From Granulicella sp. (GTDB taxonomy: Bacteria; Acidobacteriota; Terriglobia; Terriglobales; Acidobacteriaceae): a DNA stretch of 10,510 nucleotides. Of this stretch, positions 7,297 through 10,510 are shown in pieces. The notes below the pieces were generated by a model that made no database searches, had not been told where the DNA came from, and worked only from the letters and a program-made list of their open reading frames with translations. The stretch spans positions 1-10,510 of the forward strand of contig DAHWNL010000081.1 in the NCBI GenBank assembly GCA_027339965.1. The letters run 5' to 3'. A program made the translations under genes and the position numbers. Every line of letters starts with the position of its first letter. The stretch's first letter is position 1.

Positions 7297-7404
7297 CTTT
7301 TTTACTATCCTTGCTATTTCTTTTTTTGCTGTCTTTGCTGCTGACAAAGCCAGAAGCCCACCGTGTAGGCGAGCGAAGCCGGAGAATCGTCTAAGCTGAA
7401 AGCA
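7297..7404. promoter_or_regulatory. Divergent promoter region between the RDD gene and lptD
   Basis: 108-bp spacer between head-to-head genes with T-tracts (7298-7335). TAAGCT at 7392-7397 lies 7 nt before lptD GTG 7405. Confidence 0.55.
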
Positions 7405-10344
7405 GTGGAAGGGTTGATCCAATCTCTCAGTTGCCAAGCCTTAACGGGTCAGTCTGGAACCTGCCGCCCCAGCGGCTTCACCCGGCCACGTCTTCGGTGG
7501 AGCGGATGGGCCATTCAACTCGTTCTTCTTCTCATAACTACCATCCTCCTGGCCGCAGGTCATCCACATCTCGAGGCGCAGGGCGTAACGCAGAAGGAAC
7601 TCCCCAAGGCTTCCGTGCCAAATCAGAACGCAGCGGACGGCGTCTCCTCATCCTCTTCCAGTGAATCGTCTGGCAGTCCGGATGCGGATAACATCCCGGA
7701 TCTTAGCAAGATTCCGCGCGCCTCGCCTCTGCCCGCCGAGCAGCCGCCCCGGACGGCGGTTATCGAAGCGGACCAGGAGACACGCCATGGCAACATCTTC
7801 GATGCCGGCGGAGACGCCAAACTCACCTACGGGGACCATGTACTGAAGGCCGACAATCTTTCCTGGAACCAGGTCACCGATGACGTCACGGCAACCGGCC
7901 ATGTGGAACTCACCGGTGGAGTCAACAACGAACATATCCGCGCCTCGCACGGCATCTACAATCTGCGCAGCCAGACCGGCCGTTTTTATGATGTCCATGG
8001 CTCCGTCGGCCTGTTCCGGTCTACCAGCACGGAAACTGTGAATACCAACGCCGGCCTTGCCACCACCAACGCCTCTCATGCGCGTGGCTACCAGAACTCC
8101 AACCCGTTTGTTTTTCAGGGCAGCCTGGTGGTGAAGACCACTCCCACTGCGTACACGATCTACAACGGCTCGGTGACCACTTGTCTTCTCCCGGATCCAG
8201 ACTGGCAGCTCTTTTCCGGCAAGATTGCGGTCGATAGCGGACCGGGCGGAAAGGCCAGTGCAGCCGACTCCACCTTCAAGCTCATCGGCCTGCCGCTGCT
8301 GTTTCTTCCCTACGTGACTCATCCGGTGGACACCTCCCAGCGCCAATCGGGTGTGCTGATTCCAGAGGTCGGCTACTCCACGGCCAGCAAAAACACCGGT
8401 TCCAAGGGCCTCACGCTGGGAGATCAGTACTATCAGGTTCTTGGACCCTCCGCCGATCTCACCCTGGGTTTGCTCTACTACTCGCTGCGCGGCTGGTCAG
8501 AGGATGGATCCTTCCGCTACAAAGGCATGGGACAAAACTTCTTCACCACCCAATTCTCCGCCCTGCAGGACCGAGGCTTCTACGCGCCGGGGGTGAATGC
8601 AGCCGGACAGACGGTTGAGGTCTATAACAACCAGGGAGGCGAGGATATCTACGCCAGTTTTCGCCGCCAGTTCTCCCCCACGCTGCGTGCAGCGGGCGAT
8701 GGCCAATATCTCAACTCCTTCATCTATCAGGAGGCCTTCGCCGAGGACTTCAGCCAGGCCATCAGCACGGACATTACCTCCGTCGCCTATCTGATCGATC
8801 AGAAGAATGGCTTCTCCTACGATGCGCGCGTGGACCGCTATCAGGGTCTCAAGATCGTGCCAACCGACTTCAGCCCGGGAGAACAGGTTAACATCTTCCA
8901 TGCTCCATCGCTGGATCTCACCGGGCTTGATCGTCGCATTCCCGGCACGCCCCTGCTGTGGAGCTTTACCGGCAGCGCCGCCGGGCTCAAACGAATCGAC
9001 CCGAAGTTTTCGACCGGCCTGGTGGGACGTTTGGACCTGCGCCCCGAGCTTTCTCTTCCACTGCGGTTTGACGGCTGGCGCATGCTGGCCAATCTGGCGG
9101 CTCGCGATACTTTCTACAACCGCTCGCAGGAGCCTGTCCAAAACACCAGCGGAGGCGCGACCATCGGCACCGGCACGGCGATCGTAGAGCTCAATACGCC
9201 GCTCAATCGGACAGATGCTGATCTCAGTCTCGACATCCGCCCACCGGTTCTGGAGCGCACCTTCACGGTCCCTTCGCGTTGGCAGTGGCTATTGGGCGAT
9301 CAGGTCCGCCATACCATCGAGCCCGAGATTACGTACCGGCGCACGGCCGGCATTGACAACTTTCATTCGGTGCTGCGCTTTGACGGCGTTGACCTGGCCA
9401 GCGACACCAACGAGGTTCTTTACGGAGTCACCCAGCACCTCTACTTCCGTCCCCATGCCAAGGCTCCCCCAAAGCCCAAGCCTGGCTGCCCGGCGACGCC
9501 GCCTGCGCCCGATGGCGCCGTGACATCCGCGCCAGAGGTCGACATGGACGATCTCACCACCGGCCATCCATCCGGAGCGAACGCCGATGGAATCCTCAGC
9601 GCAGAATCGGTTGCGCCCGGCGAGCCTCTGCGCACCCATCCCCGCAAACCGGATCCATGCGTTTTGCCTCCCTCCGCTCCTGCGCAGAGGGAGTGGTTCA
9701 GTTGGCTGCTGGCGCAGAAGTACTTCTTCGAACCCGGCTTCGGCAATGCGCTGGTCAACGGCGAACGCAACATCTTTGACAGCACGCTCAACCTCTCCGG
9801 AGTAGCCTTCCTGACCCAGTTGCGCAATCTCTCGCCCATCATCAGCCGCATGCGCTTCCGCACCTCCGAGCACGCCGACCTGGCCTGGGATCTGGACTAC
9901 GACCCGGTGGTGAAGAAGGTCATCGGCTCCAATAACTACCTTGACCTGCATGAAAGGAACTTCTTTGCCGGCTTCTCCTACTCTCGCCTGAACGCCCCCG
10001 GCAAGACTTACTCGGAGACGATCAACTATCAAGATTACGTCGTGACCGGTCTCACCAGCTCTCCGGTCGCCAACTTCTCGCAGATGCGCGTGCTCTTCGG
10101 CTTCGGCCAGCCCACGCAGGCGGGACTCTCGGCGGCGGTTGCGGCCAGTCTGGATCTGAACCTGGGCACCCCGCAGTACATCACCGTGCAGGCCAACTAC
10201 AACTGGAACTGCTGCGGCCTCGCGGTCGAGTATCGCAGGTACGATCTTGGCACGATCCGCGACGAGGGCGTCTACAGCTTTAACTTTTCGCTGGCCAACA
10301 TCGGCTCGGCCGGAAACCTGCGCCGCGCTGAAAGCCTGTTTTAG
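7405..10344 (+). CDS. lptD: LPS-assembly outer-membrane protein LptD
   Basis: Signal peptide ending HLEA|Q. OstA/beta-jellyroll-like N-domain (IEADQETRHGNIFDAGGDAKLTYGDHVLKAD). Conserved TTC..P.PDW, LPLLFLPY...RQSGVLIP, RHTIEPEITY, NEVLYGVTQHL...LAQKYFF and WNCCG. C-terminal Phe. Start codon uncertain (GTG 7405 or TTG 7414). Confidence 0.95.
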   Translation: MEGLIQSLSCQALTGQSGTCRPSGFTRPRLRWSGWAIQLVLLLITTILLAAGHPHLEAQGVTQKELPKASVPNQNAADGVSSSSSSESSGSPDADNIPDLSKIPRASPLPAEQPPRTAVIEADQETRHGNIFDAGGDAKLTYGDHVLKADNLSWNQVTDDVTATGHVELTGGVNNEHIRASHGIYNLRSQTGRFYDVHGSVGLFRSTSTETVNTNAGLATTNASHARGYQNSNPFVFQGSLVVKTTPTAYTIYNGSVTTCLLPDPDWQLFSGKIAVDSGPGGKASAADSTFKLIGLPLLFLPYVTHPVDTSQRQSGVLIPEVGYSTASKNTGSKGLTLGDQYYQVLGPSADLTLGLLYYSLRGWSEDGSFRYKGMGQNFFTTQFSALQDRGFYAPGVNAAGQTVEVYNNQGGEDIYASFRRQFSPTLRAAGDGQYLNSFIYQEAFAEDFSQAISTDITSVAYLIDQKNGFSYDARVDRYQGLKIVPTDFSPGEQVNIFHAPSLDLTGLDRRIPGTPLLWSFTGSAAGLKRIDPKFSTGLVGRLDLRPELSLPLRFDGWRMLANLAARDTFYNRSQEPVQNTSGGATIGTGTAIVELNTPLNRTDADLSLDIRPPVLERTFTVPSRWQWLLGDQVRHTIEPEITYRRTAGIDNFHSVLRFDGVDLASDTNEVLYGVTQHLYFRPHAKAPPKPKPGCPATPPAPDGAVTSAPEVDMDDLTTGHPSGANADGILSAESVAPGEPLRTHPRKPDPCVLPPSAPAQREWFSWLLAQKYFFEPGFGNALVNGERNIFDSTLNLSGVAFLTQLRNLSPIISRMRFRTSEHADLAWDLDYDPVVKKVIGSNNYLDLHERNFFAGFSYSRLNAPGKTYSETINYQDYVVTGLTSSPVANFSQMRVLFGFGQPTQAGLSAAVAASLDLNLGTPQYITVQANYNWNCCGLAVEYRRYDLGTIRDEGVYSFNFSLANIGSAGNLRRAESLF

Positions 10345-10369
10345 GAGTTTGTTGTCAAGAGCGAAAGAT

Positions 10370-10510
10370 CAGGGCTTTCCCCAGAATTTCTCAGGCTGGC
10401 CAAACGAGGGCCAGTTCCAGTTGGGCATTCGGGGGTGATTCTTGTGGCGGCCGGAAGGCGCTTCCGGAGAGCAGGCGTCGAATTCCGTCTGCGAGAGCAT
10501 AAAAGCGGAA
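10370..10510 (-). mobile_element. Possible right end of an insertion sequence (ISAs1-like CAGGG terminus) carrying the 3' end of an ORF
   Basis: CAGGGCTTTCCCCAGAATTT begins at 10370. A minus-strand frame open from the window edge stops at TGA 10393-10391, 21 bp inside that end. The partner inverted repeat and any DDE motifs would lie outside the window. Confidence 0.35.
10391..10510 (-). CDS. 3' end of a convergent ORF truncated by the window edge (possibly a transposase)
   Basis: Manual translation: FRFYALADGIRRLLSGSAFRPPQESPPNAQLELALVWPA*. All three minus-strand frames are open over most of this stretch, so the frame was chosen on protein-like appearance only. Confidence 0.35.
   Translation of the reverse strand, partial: FRFYALADGIRRLLSGSAFRPPQESPPNAQLELALVWPA

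Noticed and set aside
7297..7437. 47-codon N-terminal extension of the RDD ORF (track start 7437)
   Set aside because: It overlaps lptD head-to-head and crosses A/T tracts typical of promoter DNA; ATG 7296 is the better start.
7648..10032. Long antisense ORFs under lptD (7648-8346, 8497-9141, 9289-10032) and similar shadow ORFs over the other genes
   Set aside because: These are the mirror-frame or alternative-frame ORFs expected from high-GC codon bias, and show no recognisable domains.

Overview
GC-rich bacterial window, probably Acidobacteriota (inferred from the LptD C-terminus ANIGSAGNLRRAESLF, the long-N-terminus RDD protein and the DUF5715-like gene). Gene order: gatB (5'-truncated, +), a secreted DUF5715-like protein with a Hedgehog/DD-peptidase (M15-like) zinc motif (-), a lower-GC ~600 aa secreted uncharacterised protein (-), an RDD-family membrane protein with a long soluble N-terminus (-), and a divergent lptD (+). 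No rRNA, tRNA or CRISPR array is visible. Notable structure: a degenerate 24-bp tandem repeat running in frame across the gatB stop codon; a perfect 36-bp palindrome encoding an Arg8 tract; an operator-like GTATAC-A-GTATAC site upstream of the uncharacterised gene; a Cys-bracketed Pro-rich insert in LptD; and a possible ISAs1-type IS right end at the window edge. This is mostly a housekeeping/envelope region. I see no clear new multi-gene system, but several elements merit checking.
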